This document shows, piece by piece, positions 1 to 9,562 of a stretch of DNA of 64,000 nt (within the stretch, counting starts at the first letter, position 1; every line of letters starts with the position of its first letter). Position numbers and translations under genes: made by a program. Under the pieces are notes generated by a model. The model searched no databases. It saw only the letters and a list, made by a program, of their open reading frames with translations, and was not told the origin of the DNA. The DNA lies in the NCBI GenBank assembly GCA_019058315.1, contig JAHPZH010000001.1:631536-695535 (forward strand). Reading direction: 5' to 3'. The DNA comes from Candidatus Helarchaeota archaeon. Its GTDB lineage: Archaea; Asgardarchaeota; Lokiarchaeia; Helarchaeales; RDOG01.

Positions 1-20
1 CCATACTAGCGTACTCCTGC
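1..20 (-). tRNA. 5' fragment of a tRNA gene truncated by the window edge (isotype undetermined)
   Basis: Reverse complement GCAGGAG-TA-CGCTAGTATGG resembles an acceptor stem plus D-arm. It shares CTAGTATGG with the D-arm of the adjacent tRNA-Pro and starts 1 nt after that gene's CCA. Confidence 0.6.
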
Positions 21-21
21 A

Positions 22-100
22 TGGTGGGATCGGCAAGATTTGAACTTGCGATTGCTTGATCCCAAATCAAGAGTCCTAAACCATACTAGACCACGATCCC
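22..100 (-). tRNA. tRNA-Pro(UGG), CCA encoded
   Basis: Reverse complement: acceptor GGGATCG/CGATCCC-A-CCA, anticodon arm CTTGA-TTTGGGA-TCAAG, T-arm GCAAG-TTCAAAT-CTTGC. Confidence 0.93.
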
Positions 101-110
101 CAGTATAAAG

Positions 111-248
111 TGGAAGGAAGGGGTTTCGAACCCCTGAACTCCTACGAGATTAGATTTCTCACAGACCTTGAGTGTCGTTCTTAGTATCGTTCTTGACCGA
201 TAATAAATATCTTAAGTCTAACGCCTTTGACCACTTGGCTATCCTTCC
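111..248 (-). tRNA. tRNA-Leu(UAA) with a 55-nt intron at canonical position 37/38 (intron 156-210)
   Basis: Acceptor GGAAGGA/TCCTTCC-A, D-arm GCC-AAGTGGTCAAA-GGC, anticodon stem TTAGA/TCTAA with CT-TAA-G^intron^A, long variable arm, T-arm AGGGG-TTCGAAA-CCCCT. Confidence 0.9.
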
Positions 249-688
249 AATATATAGTGTAAAATTGGAAATATTGATAGAATTTAATAGAAATCTAGTT
301 AGTATAAGAAGAAGTAGAAATTTTTTCGGATGTATTTTTTAATGTTCACCAAGAATGTCACTGAAACAACGATTCAATAATCCAATGAATTAATAGGTAA
401 ACCGTTCGGCATAACCACTACCACGGTTGAGCCTCCATGTAGACGACTGTTGTTTCATCTTTTTTAACACATCCTTATAAAGTAATAAAAAAAAATCAAA
501 CATAGTATTTAAACTTATGGAAAATTACTGTAATGAATAAAAAAAATGAAAAATATTATCCCAATTCATTATAAATTAGTGAAATTACATTTAGGGTCAA
601 ATTCTAATTATGATTTGTACAAGTTATTATTTAATTAAATTAAACTATTTAAATAAAAATTTCAGAATTTAATTAAGGAAGGTAAAAA

Positions 689-1759
689 TTGGATTTTTTA
701 TTATTAATTTTAATATTAATTCAAATTATAATTCTGGGAATTTTGACTATATTTTTAACAAGATTATATATAATAACGAGATACTTGCCAATTATTTCCT
801 TGATACTTTTTTCTGGTTTATTTTTAATAAATTATACATTTTTTATTCCAATTTCATGGCTTAATGAGTTCGAATTTGAAATGGCAAAATTTATTCTGGA
901 TTTAACTTCATATTTAACATTCATTTCATTTCCATTTTTAATTTTATTTGTTGAAGGGATAAAAGGACGTCCATTTTCTCCAATATTTATTTCATACTTA
1001 TCATTAAATGCATTTACTATAGGCTATGCAACAGGATCCCGCTGGTATTACATATATCAAGGTTCTTGGATCCAGCTATACACTTTTGATCTCGATCTTC
1101 TGTCAACTATACTTTTGTCTTATTTGTTTCTAATCGTATTTTTAAGATTATTTCAATTTATATTGGATAAAAGTAGTGGTAGACCAAAAAAAATGGCAAT
1201 TATCGTAATTTTTGGACTTTTATTCGCGATAATAGGTGGTTCTTTCTCTTTATCTTCTAATATTATGTATTTTTCATTGGTAAATGTATTAATCGGAACA
1301 TCAATTACCTCCTTTGCATATTTAAAAGAACCCAATAGTTTCTTTTTATCGAATACTAATATAAAAGCTATTATGCTAATCAATAATAAAACAAAAGTAA
1401 CATATCTTACTATGAGTTTAAGTGAAGATGATAAACTAGTTATAGCAGCATCAGGAATAGGGGGTATTATGAGCTTTCTTCAAGAAATATTAGATGTAAA
1501 AAATCCTCCACTTGATCTTATCCATAAAGACTCGGGGTTCTTATTAGAGCATAATTATGAAAATGAAGTATCAGCCATTCTAATTCTTGATAAAATTGAT
1601 TATTTACTTCGATCTCCTCTCAAACATGCACTCTCATTATTTATTAAAAAGTATAAAATGGAATTAGATGGATGGAATGGACATTTAGAACCCTTTAAAA
1701 ACTTTAAAGAAGATCTCCAAAAAATTTTCAAATTTGCTTTACCCGTTTCAAAAGAATAG
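689..1759 (+). CDS. Multi-pass (about 7 TM) membrane protein with a C-terminal soluble longin/roadblock-like domain
   Basis: About 7 hydrophobic segments in the first ~215 aa, then a soluble alpha/beta domain (GIGGIMSFLQEIL...F..KY...F...L..IF). Same architecture as 48447-49556. Confidence 0.55.
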   Translation: MDFLLLILILIQIIILGILTIFLTRLYIITRYLPIISLILFSGLFLINYTFFIPISWLNEFEFEMAKFILDLTSYLTFISFPFLILFVEGIKGRPFSPIFISYLSLNAFTIGYATGSRWYYIYQGSWIQLYTFDLDLLSTILLSYLFLIVFLRLFQFILDKSSGRPKKMAIIVIFGLLFAIIGGSFSLSSNIMYFSLVNVLIGTSITSFAYLKEPNSFFLSNTNIKAIMLINNKTKVTYLTMSLSEDDKLVIAASGIGGIMSFLQEILDVKNPPLDLIHKDSGFLLEHNYENEVSAILILDKIDYLLRSPLKHALSLFIKKYKMELDGWNGHLEPFKNFKEDLQKIFKFALPVSKE

Positions 1760-1856
1760 AAATTTATTATATTCTTATCAAAGCAAAAATAATAGATGGG
1801 TATTTTATATAAAACAATTTATTAATTATTTAATAAAATAGCGTGGAGAAAAATTA

Positions 1857-2408
1857 ATGAAATTAGTTATAGCAATAACAGGCGCTTCTGGGATGATATA
1901 TGCCAGAAATTTACTCCATTATTGTAAGGATAAATTTGAAGTTCATTTAATCATTTCAAAGCCTGCCGAAATCATATTAGAACAAGAATTAAAAATTAAA
2001 AAAGAATATTTTCGAGATTATGCTAAGAAAATTTATTCTCCTGATGATATAAAAGCACCGTTAGCCAGTAGTTCATTCAAAGCAAATGCCTATATCGTTG
2101 TTCCATGTTCAAATAAAACTCTTGCATGTATTGCTAACGGAATTTCTCTAAATCTTATTACGCGGACCTGTGAGGTGGCATTAAAAGAAGATAGGAAACT
2201 CATAATTGTCAATAGAGAAACCCCTTTAAGTTTGATTGCTTTAGAAAATATGGTAAAGTTAAAGAGAGCAGGAGCTATAATTCTTCCTGCTATGCCAGGA
2301 TTTTATCATTCTCCAAAAAACTTAGATGATATAGCTAATTTTATTGTTGGCAGAATATTAGATCAATTAGATTTAAGTCATAATTTCGTTAAATATGAGC
2401 CCATATAG
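1857..2408 (+). CDS. ubiX: Flavin prenyltransferase UbiX
   Basis: AITGASG, PLASSS, VPCSNKTLA, RETPL and PAMPGFYHSP motifs. Confidence 0.95.
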   Translation: MKLVIAITGASGMIYARNLLHYCKDKFEVHLIISKPAEIILEQELKIKKEYFRDYAKKIYSPDDIKAPLASSSFKANAYIVVPCSNKTLACIANGISLNLITRTCEVALKEDRKLIIVNRETPLSLIALENMVKLKRAGAIILPAMPGFYHSPKNLDDIANFIVGRILDQLDLSHNFVKYEPI

Positions 2409-3198
2409 TTGGTGTAAGCGTTTGAAAGAATTAATTTTAATAAAAATAGGAGGGGCTTTAATTACAGATAAAAACCAAGAAACTCCTACTGCCAACTTGA
2501 CTAATCTCCGTAGGATCGTGGAGGAAATTAAGGAGGGGTTCGATCCAAATGTTAATAATTTAGTTCTAATTCATGGAGCAGGGTCATATGGTCACCCCAT
2601 AGTGAAATCCACTGGAATAGATAAAGGAATAAAGAATGATAAGCAAGTTTTAGCATTTGCTAAAACACAAAAGCTCCAAAATGAATTAAACGCAATCGTT
2701 TGTGAAGAATTAGAATCTATAGGCTTACCCGCTATACCATTTCAACCCTCCGCTTCAGCTGTTATGAAAAGCGGAAAATTAATTTCTCTAAACGTCAGTT
2801 TAATAAAAAATTTACTAAATCTCTCATTAATCCCAGTTTTATATGGTGTTCCCGCATATGATGTGGTTCAAGGTTGTTCTATTTTATCGGGAGACCAAAT
2901 AATTACATATTTAGCAAAAAATCTTGAACCAAAGAGAATTATTCTTGCCACAAATGTTCCTGGTGTATTAAATAAAAAAAATGAGGTTATTAAGCGAATT
3001 GATAAAAGTAATTTTGAAACCATAAGACCTCTTTTAGAAAATGTAACAATACCTGATGTAACTAGAGGGATGTTAGGTAAAGTCGAAGAACTTTTACAAA
3101 TTAAAAATATTGCCTCGGAAATTATCGGGGGAGAACCTGGAACTATAAAAAAAGCTTTAAAGGGTGAGAAGGGATTAGGAACTATAATAATTGGATGA
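2395..3198 (+). CDS. ipk: Isopentenyl phosphate kinase (amino-acid kinase family); true start probably a few codons downstream
   Basis: IKIGGALITDK, HGAGSYGH, ILSGDQI and DVTRGMLGKV motifs; mevalonate-pathway neighbours. Confidence 0.9.
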   Translation: MSPYSWCKRLKELILIKIGGALITDKNQETPTANLTNLRRIVEEIKEGFDPNVNNLVLIHGAGSYGHPIVKSTGIDKGIKNDKQVLAFAKTQKLQNELNAIVCEELESIGLPAIPFQPSASAVMKSGKLISLNVSLIKNLLNLSLIPVLYGVPAYDVVQGCSILSGDQIITYLAKNLEPKRIILATNVPGVLNKKNEVIKRIDKSNFETIRPLLENVTIPDVTRGMLGKVEELLQIKNIASEIIGGEPGTIKKALKGEKGLGTIIIG

Positions 3199-3210
3199 GG
3201 AAGTGTTTTT

Positions 3211-4101
3211 TTGCCAAGTAAAGAACTTGAAAAAATTATCAATATGATTAAGTCCCGTGAGCTCGCAGAAGATCGCACAATGGAAGAAATGAGAGCGGAT
3301 TCGGAAGAATGGGCACAACAATTCCCAGTTGCTTCTAATACTGATTGTAAACCAATAAAAGTGGGAAATATTGATGCTGAATGGGTAATAAATTCTAATG
3401 CGAAGGATGATAGGGTGGTGTTATTCCTTCATGGAGGTGGGTATTTATTAGGTTCTATAAATACTCATAGGGCTTTAGCTTCGGACATCTCTAAATCCTC
3501 CGAAGCACAAGTATTACTTATAGCATATAGACTGGCCCCTGAACATCCCTATCCCGCGGCAGTTGAAGATTCTAAAGCTGCATATCGTTGGTTACTAAAA
3601 AAAGGATATGAACCATCTCAAATTGTAGTCGCTGGAGATTCTGCTGGAGGTGGTTTAGCAGTTGCGATTTGTGTTGCATTGAGGGATGAAGGAGTTAAGC
3701 TCCCGGCTGCTATAGTGAGTCTTTCACCATGGATCGATATGGAGGCAATAGGAGAATCTATGACAACTAATGCTGAAATTGATCCGAATGTTCAACGTGA
3801 CCCTCTTATTGAAATGGCAAAAGTATATCTTGGTGGTGCAGATCTTCGAACTCCGTTAGCAAATCCTTTATATGCAGACCTTAAAGGTTTACCACCAATT
3901 CTAATACAGGTAGGAAAACGAGAAACCCTACTTGATGATTCAACTCGTCTTGCTGAAGTAGCAAAAAAAGCAGGTGTAGAAGTAATTTTAGAGCCTTGGG
4001 AAGATATGATACATGTATGGCATAGATATGCTTATATATTACCAGAGGGAAGAGAAGCTATCAAGCGGGTTGGGGACTTCATTCGCCTACATACTGGTTA
4101 A
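3211..4101 (+). CDS. Alpha/beta hydrolase, HSL-family esterase/lipase
   Basis: HGGG oxyanion motif, GDSAGG nucleophile motif, YRLAPEHPYPAA, E..LLDD and HVW. Confidence 0.92.
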   Translation: MPSKELEKIINMIKSRELAEDRTMEEMRADSEEWAQQFPVASNTDCKPIKVGNIDAEWVINSNAKDDRVVLFLHGGGYLLGSINTHRALASDISKSSEAQVLLIAYRLAPEHPYPAAVEDSKAAYRWLLKKGYEPSQIVVAGDSAGGGLAVAICVALRDEGVKLPAAIVSLSPWIDMEAIGESMTTNAEIDPNVQRDPLIEMAKVYLGGADLRTPLANPLYADLKGLPPILIQVGKRETLLDDSTRLAEVAKKAGVEVILEPWEDMIHVWHRYAYILPEGREAIKRVGDFIRLHTG

Positions 4102-4162
4102 GTATTTTAATACTTTAGATTATTATTAAAGCAGTTGAAAGATTAATTGAATTTTAGCTAAG

Positions 4163-5434
4163 GTGAAATATTTGAATTTTAGGGAATACCTTAAAACCAT
4201 AAAATTTCGTGAAATCAAGAAGGATATTAATCCCAAATTTGAAATGGCCGCTATCCTCAAAGAATTAGATGGAATACCAGTATATTTTACCAAATTAAAT
4301 GTTGTTGGAAACATTTTTTCAAATTTAGAGCTATTATCTCAGAGTATTGGATTAAAAAAATTTGATGATTGGATCCCAAAACTCATTGAAGCTCAAGCTA
4401 AACCGGGGAAAATAATTGAAAAGGGAACACCTAAAGATATGCATCCCATTGAAATTACTGATCTTCCAGTTTTAACACATTATGAAAATGATGCAGGGGC
4501 GTATATTACCAGTGGTGCAGTGATTGCCCAAAGAGGAGAAAGAAGGAATGCATCTGTCCATAGAATATTAATCATCGATGAAAATACATTGGTTATGAGG
4601 ATTGTAAGACGCCATTTATATGATATATTTGTGGATGCTAAAGAACATGGTGAAAATTTACCTCTTTCTATATGTTTAGGTATTCCTCCTGCTGCACAAA
4701 TTGCCGCTGCAACTTCAATTCCTCCAGATCAATATGAAATGGAATTTGCTGCTGCATTAAATAATGGTAAACTTGAAGTTTTTCAAGGACTCCCAGAAAG
4801 CGAAATAATAATTCGTGGTGAACTTTTACATGATGAAGAAATAGATGAAGGACCTTTTTATGATATTGCTAGTAAATACGACATTGTTAGAAAACAACCA
4901 ACTTTTAAAATAGATTCCATTTTGGCTAAAAAAGATTTTATATATCACGCTTTGCTTCCAGCTTGTAATGATCATCTTTTCCTTATGGGGCTTCCCAGAG
5001 TTCCTTTTATTTATGAAGAAACAAGAAATTCAGGTGTTGATGTTAAAAATGTATATTTGAGCCCTGGAGGCTCTGGATGGCTAAAAGCAATTGTTGCTAT
5101 TAATAAAAAGTCCGAAAATGATGTAAAAAAAGCCGCAGATGCGGTATTAAGAGCTCATAAAAGTGTCAAATATATAATTATTACAGATGATGATATTGAT
5201 ATCACTGATAACCTTCAAGTAGAGAGAGCCGTCACCTTAAATAGCCTTTTTACAAAAAATAATCCATTAATATTAGAAAATGTTTATGGTTCTTCCTTAG
5301 ATCCTCGAGCGAAGGATGACATTGGCTCAAAAATGATCCTCGATGCTACTAAACCTCTCCAAAAAAGAGAATTAAGCTTTGAAAAAGGTGGGATTCCGAT
5401 ATCCCAAAAACGTTTAAAGGAGTTATTAGACTGA
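4163..5434 (+). CDS. UbiD-family prFMN-dependent decarboxylase, probably anhydromevalonate phosphate decarboxylase
   Basis: YITSG, NASVHR, DEGPF, DDDIDI and GSSLDP...KMILDAT motifs; clustered with ubiX, IPK and AcnX. Confidence 0.88.
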   Translation: MKYLNFREYLKTIKFREIKKDINPKFEMAAILKELDGIPVYFTKLNVVGNIFSNLELLSQSIGLKKFDDWIPKLIEAQAKPGKIIEKGTPKDMHPIEITDLPVLTHYENDAGAYITSGAVIAQRGERRNASVHRILIIDENTLVMRIVRRHLYDIFVDAKEHGENLPLSICLGIPPAAQIAAATSIPPDQYEMEFAAALNNGKLEVFQGLPESEIIIRGELLHDEEIDEGPFYDIASKYDIVRKQPTFKIDSILAKKDFIYHALLPACNDHLFLMGLPRVPFIYEETRNSGVDVKNVYLSPGGSGWLKAIVAINKKSENDVKKAADAVLRAHKSVKYIIITDDDIDITDNLQVERAVTLNSLFTKNNPLILENVYGSSLDPRAKDDIGSKMILDATKPLQKRELSFEKGGIPISQKRLKELLD

Positions 5435-5436
5435 GT

Positions 5437-6879
5437 TTGAAAATTTATACAAAACAATCAATCTCCTTACTTGACGGAATAGACCGCAAAACTGGAATTA
5501 TTACCCAGAAGGGTCATGAATTAGAGGGTAAATGTATTGCTAATTCTGTGTTAAGGTTTCCAAAAAGTACCGGATCTACAGTTGGAGTTAGCACATTATT
5601 AGAATTAAAAGAGAATTCTGTTGCTCCAAAAAAAATAATCTTAGGTAAACCAGATTCAAATGTTATTGCAGGTTGTATTTTAGCTGAAATACCAATTGAG
5701 GTTGAAGGAATTAAAATAAAAAAATTAACTGAAAGAGAATTGGGTAAAATACAGCATTTACCAAAATATTTGCAAGATATTTTAATAAAAGAAGCAGAAA
5801 TTTCTGGGGCTGAAGGATTTATTCAAATAGATAGTGTTCAAATAGCTGGAGTATCATATAAAACTGTTGGAGAAGGTGGTCTAAAAGCTATAAAATACTT
5901 GACTGATAAAGGTGACAAAGTTAAAGTTCCTACTACTTTAAATCCTTCCGGAATGGATTTAGAAGAGTGGAAAGAACAAGGAATTTCAGCTAATTTTGCA
6001 GAAAAACAGCTTGAAATAATTAATGCATTTAAAAAAATTGGAGCAATTCCAACTGCATCCTGTATACCTTATAGTTTAGGAAATTTTGCTCCATCTGGTA
6101 GACATATTGCATTTGGTGAAAGTTCCGCAGTAAATTATGCAAATTCAGTTCTAGGATGCAAAACAAACCGTGAGAATTCGGTTAAGACTATTATTTCTGC
6201 ACTTTCAGGGTATACTTTGAATAATGGTATGCATTTATCTGAGAATAGAAAACCAGATTGTGAAATTCATGTCAAATGTGAGTTAAATAGTTTTTCTGAT
6301 TATGGTGCTTTGGGTTATTATGCAGGGGAAAATTCAGAAATACCATATTTTACCGGGATTTCTCCTAATTTATGGGAATTAAAAGCTATATCAGCAGCCA
6401 GTGCTGCAGTAGGTTCAGTATCCCTGTTTTTTGTAGAAGGAATGATCTCTACGGATGAAAATAATATTAAAAAGAAAATTAATTTTGGAAAGAAGGATTT
6501 AAATTCGATTTATAAAAAATTAAATACAACAGATAAAACTCCTGATTTAATTACCGTAGGTTGTCCACATTACGATATGTTTGAAATTAATATGGTTGCA
6601 CGTTTATTAGAAGATCGAAGATTAAGAATTCCTTTTTGGATTATGACTGCGAATTTGTTTAAAGAACAAGCAAGACAACTTGGTTTTAAGAAAATAATTG
6701 AGAAAGCAGGTGCAAAATTATACTCTGATACATGTATGGTTGTTGCACCAATAGAAGATCTTGGTTTTAAAATAACTGCAACAAACTCCGCAAAAGCCGC
6801 AAAATATTTACCTTCTTTTTGTAAGCAAGAGGTAATTTTTAAACCTTTAGAAATATTAATTGAGCTTGCTTGTTCATAA
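5437..6879 (+). CDS. Aconitase X / phosphomevalonate dehydratase, small (DUF126) and large (DUF521) subunits fused
   Basis: N-terminal GIDRKTGII...FPKSTGSTVG swivel domain, then QIAGVSYKT, TTLNP, SCIPY, ESSAVNYANSVLG, GCPH, DTCMVVAP and TNSAKAAKY. Confidence 0.9.
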   Translation: MKIYTKQSISLLDGIDRKTGIITQKGHELEGKCIANSVLRFPKSTGSTVGVSTLLELKENSVAPKKIILGKPDSNVIAGCILAEIPIEVEGIKIKKLTERELGKIQHLPKYLQDILIKEAEISGAEGFIQIDSVQIAGVSYKTVGEGGLKAIKYLTDKGDKVKVPTTLNPSGMDLEEWKEQGISANFAEKQLEIINAFKKIGAIPTASCIPYSLGNFAPSGRHIAFGESSAVNYANSVLGCKTNRENSVKTIISALSGYTLNNGMHLSENRKPDCEIHVKCELNSFSDYGALGYYAGENSEIPYFTGISPNLWELKAISAASAAVGSVSLFFVEGMISTDENNIKKKINFGKKDLNSIYKKLNTTDKTPDLITVGCPHYDMFEINMVARLLEDRRLRIPFWIMTANLFKEQARQLGFKKIIEKAGAKLYSDTCMVVAPIEDLGFKITATNSAKAAKYLPSFCKQEVIFKPLEILIELACS

Positions 6880-6888
6880 AAATTTAAC

Positions 6889-7359
6889 TTAATCAACATC
6901 AACTGGTATCTTACACTTATTACATCTTTTAGCTCCACGAAATAACTTATTACCGCATTCTGGGCAAATATATCTTTTTTCTTCTTCTTCAACCCATTTT
7001 TCAGTTCCAAGCTCTCGCCATTGTGGGATAGCACGCTGAATAACTTTTTTTCCTACTGGAATTGGGAAATTATTTATCATTTTACAAGGCCAATCATCGC
7101 ATTGATGGCAACCTTCAATCCCTTTTTTTATTGTACAATCTTTAATTGGGCAGGTTTTACAAACGCTAAAAACAACCCCATCCGAAAAACAACCTGTACA
7201 TTGGATCTCATCTGGACTTGATGTAAAGGGATAAACCTTTACTAATAATTTTTTAAATTTTGGATTATTATCTCTATGTGCAATATAAATGGCACAAACT
7301 CCGCAATATAAACCACATGGAGCTAATAATTCTTTTTTTACTTCTGTCATTTTTATCAT
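6889..7359 (-). CDS. DUF3795-type Cys-rich protein with a C-terminal zinc ribbon
   Basis: APCGLYCGVC...CTGC...C..CPIKDC...GCHQCDDWPC, followed by CPEC...CNKC. Confidence 0.8.
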   Translation of the reverse strand: MIKMTEVKKELLAPCGLYCGVCAIYIAHRDNNPKFKKLLVKVYPFTSSPDEIQCTGCFSDGVVFSVCKTCPIKDCTIKKGIEGCHQCDDWPCKMINNFPIPVGKKVIQRAIPQWRELGTEKWVEEEEKRYICPECGNKLFRGAKRCNKCKIPVDVD

Positions 7360-7447
7360 TTTACCTTTTTAAATTAATTATTTGAATTTTTTTTAGAAAT
7401 TTATTAATTCAAAAAAATATATATAATACTGCAAATAGAATAAAGGA

Positions 7448-8323
7448 GTGCTTCTTTTGAGATTAGGTGCCCATATGCCAATTGGTGGTGGAATCTATAA
7501 AAGTATTGAAAGAGGAGAAGGAATAGGTTGTGAATCTATTCAGATCTTTACGAAATCAAACAGGCAATGGACTGCAAAACCACTCAAAAAAGAGGACATT
7601 GAAAAATTCATAGAAACGAAGAAGAAATATGAATCAAAAATTTTTCCAATCTTTGCTCACACTAGTTATCTAATTAATCTTGCCTCCCCTGAAAAGGAAA
7701 CTTATGATAAATCCTTTAATGCAATGCTTATTGAATTAGAGAGAGCAGAAGCGTTAGAATTATCTTATTTAGTGTATCATCCAGGTTCACATCTTGATAA
7801 AAAAAATCCTAAGACTGGTTCAGAAAAAGGCATTAAACGAATTGCGAAAGCCATCAATGAATTACATGAGAAGACAGAAGGGTATAAAGTAATGATTTGC
7901 CTTGAAACAATGGCTGGTCAAGGTACAAATATTGGTAGGAAATTTGAGGATTTAGCTCAAATAATTAAATTAATTACCGACGATTCTCGAATAGGTGTCT
8001 GTTATGATACCTGTCATTCATTCGCCGCTGGGTATGATATTCGAACTGAAAAAGCTTATAATAAAACATTTGAAGAATTTGAAAGCGTTATAGGTTTTGA
8101 TAGGCTTATAGTCTTTCATATAAATGATTCTGTGGGTGAATTAAATCGTCGTAAAGATCGACATGAACATATAGGTAAAGGTAAAATAGGAAAAGCAGGT
8201 TTTAAACTCCTTCTTAATGATTCAAGGTTCAAAGATCTTGGTGGCACATTAGAAACACCAAAGGGAAAAGAATTAGCTGAAGATGTTGAGAATTTAAAAG
8301 TTTTAAGAAGTCTCTATGATTAA
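7448..8323 (+). CDS. nfo: Endonuclease IV (AP endonuclease)
   Basis: GAHM, QIF, HTSYLINLAS, HPGSH, LETMAGQG, DTCH, HINDS, DRHEHIG and LETP motifs. Confidence 0.96.
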   Translation: MLLLRLGAHMPIGGGIYKSIERGEGIGCESIQIFTKSNRQWTAKPLKKEDIEKFIETKKKYESKIFPIFAHTSYLINLASPEKETYDKSFNAMLIELERAEALELSYLVYHPGSHLDKKNPKTGSEKGIKRIAKAINELHEKTEGYKVMICLETMAGQGTNIGRKFEDLAQIIKLITDDSRIGVCYDTCHSFAAGYDIRTEKAYNKTFEEFESVIGFDRLIVFHINDSVGELNRRKDRHEHIGKGKIGKAGFKLLLNDSRFKDLGGTLETPKGKELAEDVENLKVLRSLYD

Positions 8324-8332
8324 GATCTAAAT

Positions 8333-9562
8333 TTAATTTGTGTATTGCTTAATTTTTTTAGTTATTTCATCAATTTCTCTTTCAAAGTTTTCAAAATCAG
8401 CTAATTTTAACCCGGGCATTTTCATTTGTGTTCTTAAGTATTCTATTTCTTTAATAAAACCATCTATTATTCTTTTTTTACAGAAAGCAACAACTGCTTG
8501 TGTCCCCCTTGAATATGCATCTTTGTCCTCCTGATATGAAAAATGATAAGATGATATGTTAAAAATTTTTAAATTAATTAGATTCTCTAAACCTTCAAGC
8601 TTTTTAATATTCTTATTATTAAAGACTCTTAATTCTTGTAATTGAGAAAGCTTTCCTAATCCTTCTAATTTAATAAGTTTATTATTATCCAGAGATAATT
8701 TCTCTAGTTGGGAAAGCTCATCTAATCCTTCAATTTTTGAGATCTTATTATTATTTAAATTTATATCTAATAACTGGGCAAGTTTATCTAGATTTTCTAA
8801 ATTACTTATCTTATTTGAAGAGAGATTTAATTCTTTTAACTGTGTTAATTTCTCTAATCCTTCAATTTTAATAATTTTATTCGCAGAAAGGTTTAAAGTC
8901 TGCAATTGGGAAAGTTTACCTAATCTTTCAATCTTTACGAGTTTATTTTTTCTAATATTTAGCTCTTCTATTTGTATAAGGTCATCTAATTCTTGTATCT
9001 GTGTAATTTGGTTATAATCAATGCTAAGCTTTTTCAATTGAGAGAGATTCTTTAATCCCTCTATTTTAATAATTTTATTTCTTCCAAGATCTAATTCTTG
9101 CAATTGAGGAAGGTTTTCAAGTCCCTCTATCTTTTTTATTTGATTAGTACTAAGATCTAGTATTTTTAATTGTTTTAGATTCTCTAATCCTTCTATTTTC
9201 GAAATTTTATTATTTTTAAGGATCAATTCTTGTAATTGAGAAAGATTTTCTAACCCTTCTAGCTTTTTTATATAATTATTTTTCAGTTCTATTCTTTTTA
9301 AATTGGTTAAATCTTCTAAATTTTCCATATTATCCAAATAATCATTTGTGGCTCTTAATTCTTGTAAATTTTTAAGATTTACAATTAATTTAGGAAGACC
9401 TTTGCCGCTAACGTTTATTCTAGTAAAAGTCGGAAATTTTAGGCTCGTAACATGCCCCTTTTTATCAATTTTATAACTTCTGGTTTTTACATATTTGTTT
9501 TTCTCAAATTCGGAAATTGTTTTTTTTTCTCCTGAATCCTTGATTTTATCGATTTTTTTCAT
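8333..9562 (-). CDS. SDS22-like leucine-rich repeat protein
   Basis: Tandem 22-aa repeats LENLxQLxELxLxxNKIxKIEG. Confidence 0.92.
   Translation of the reverse strand: MKKIDKIKDSGEKKTISEFEKNKYVKTRSYKIDKKGHVTSLKFPTFTRINVSGKGLPKLIVNLKNLQELRATNDYLDNMENLEDLTNLKRIELKNNYIKKLEGLENLSQLQELILKNNKISKIEGLENLKQLKILDLSTNQIKKIEGLENLPQLQELDLGRNKIIKIEGLKNLSQLKKLSIDYNQITQIQELDDLIQIEELNIRKNKLVKIERLGKLSQLQTLNLSANKIIKIEGLEKLTQLKELNLSSNKISNLENLDKLAQLLDINLNNNKISKIEGLDELSQLEKLSLDNNKLIKLEGLGKLSQLQELRVFNNKNIKKLEGLENLINLKIFNISSYHFSYQEDKDAYSRGTQAVVAFCKKRIIDGFIKEIEYLRTQMKMPGLKLADFENFEREIDEITKKIKQYTN

Noticed and set aside
328-474. 5S rRNA (contains AUGCCGAAC on the minus strand)
   Set aside because: Helix order, length and composition do not fit 5S rRNA.
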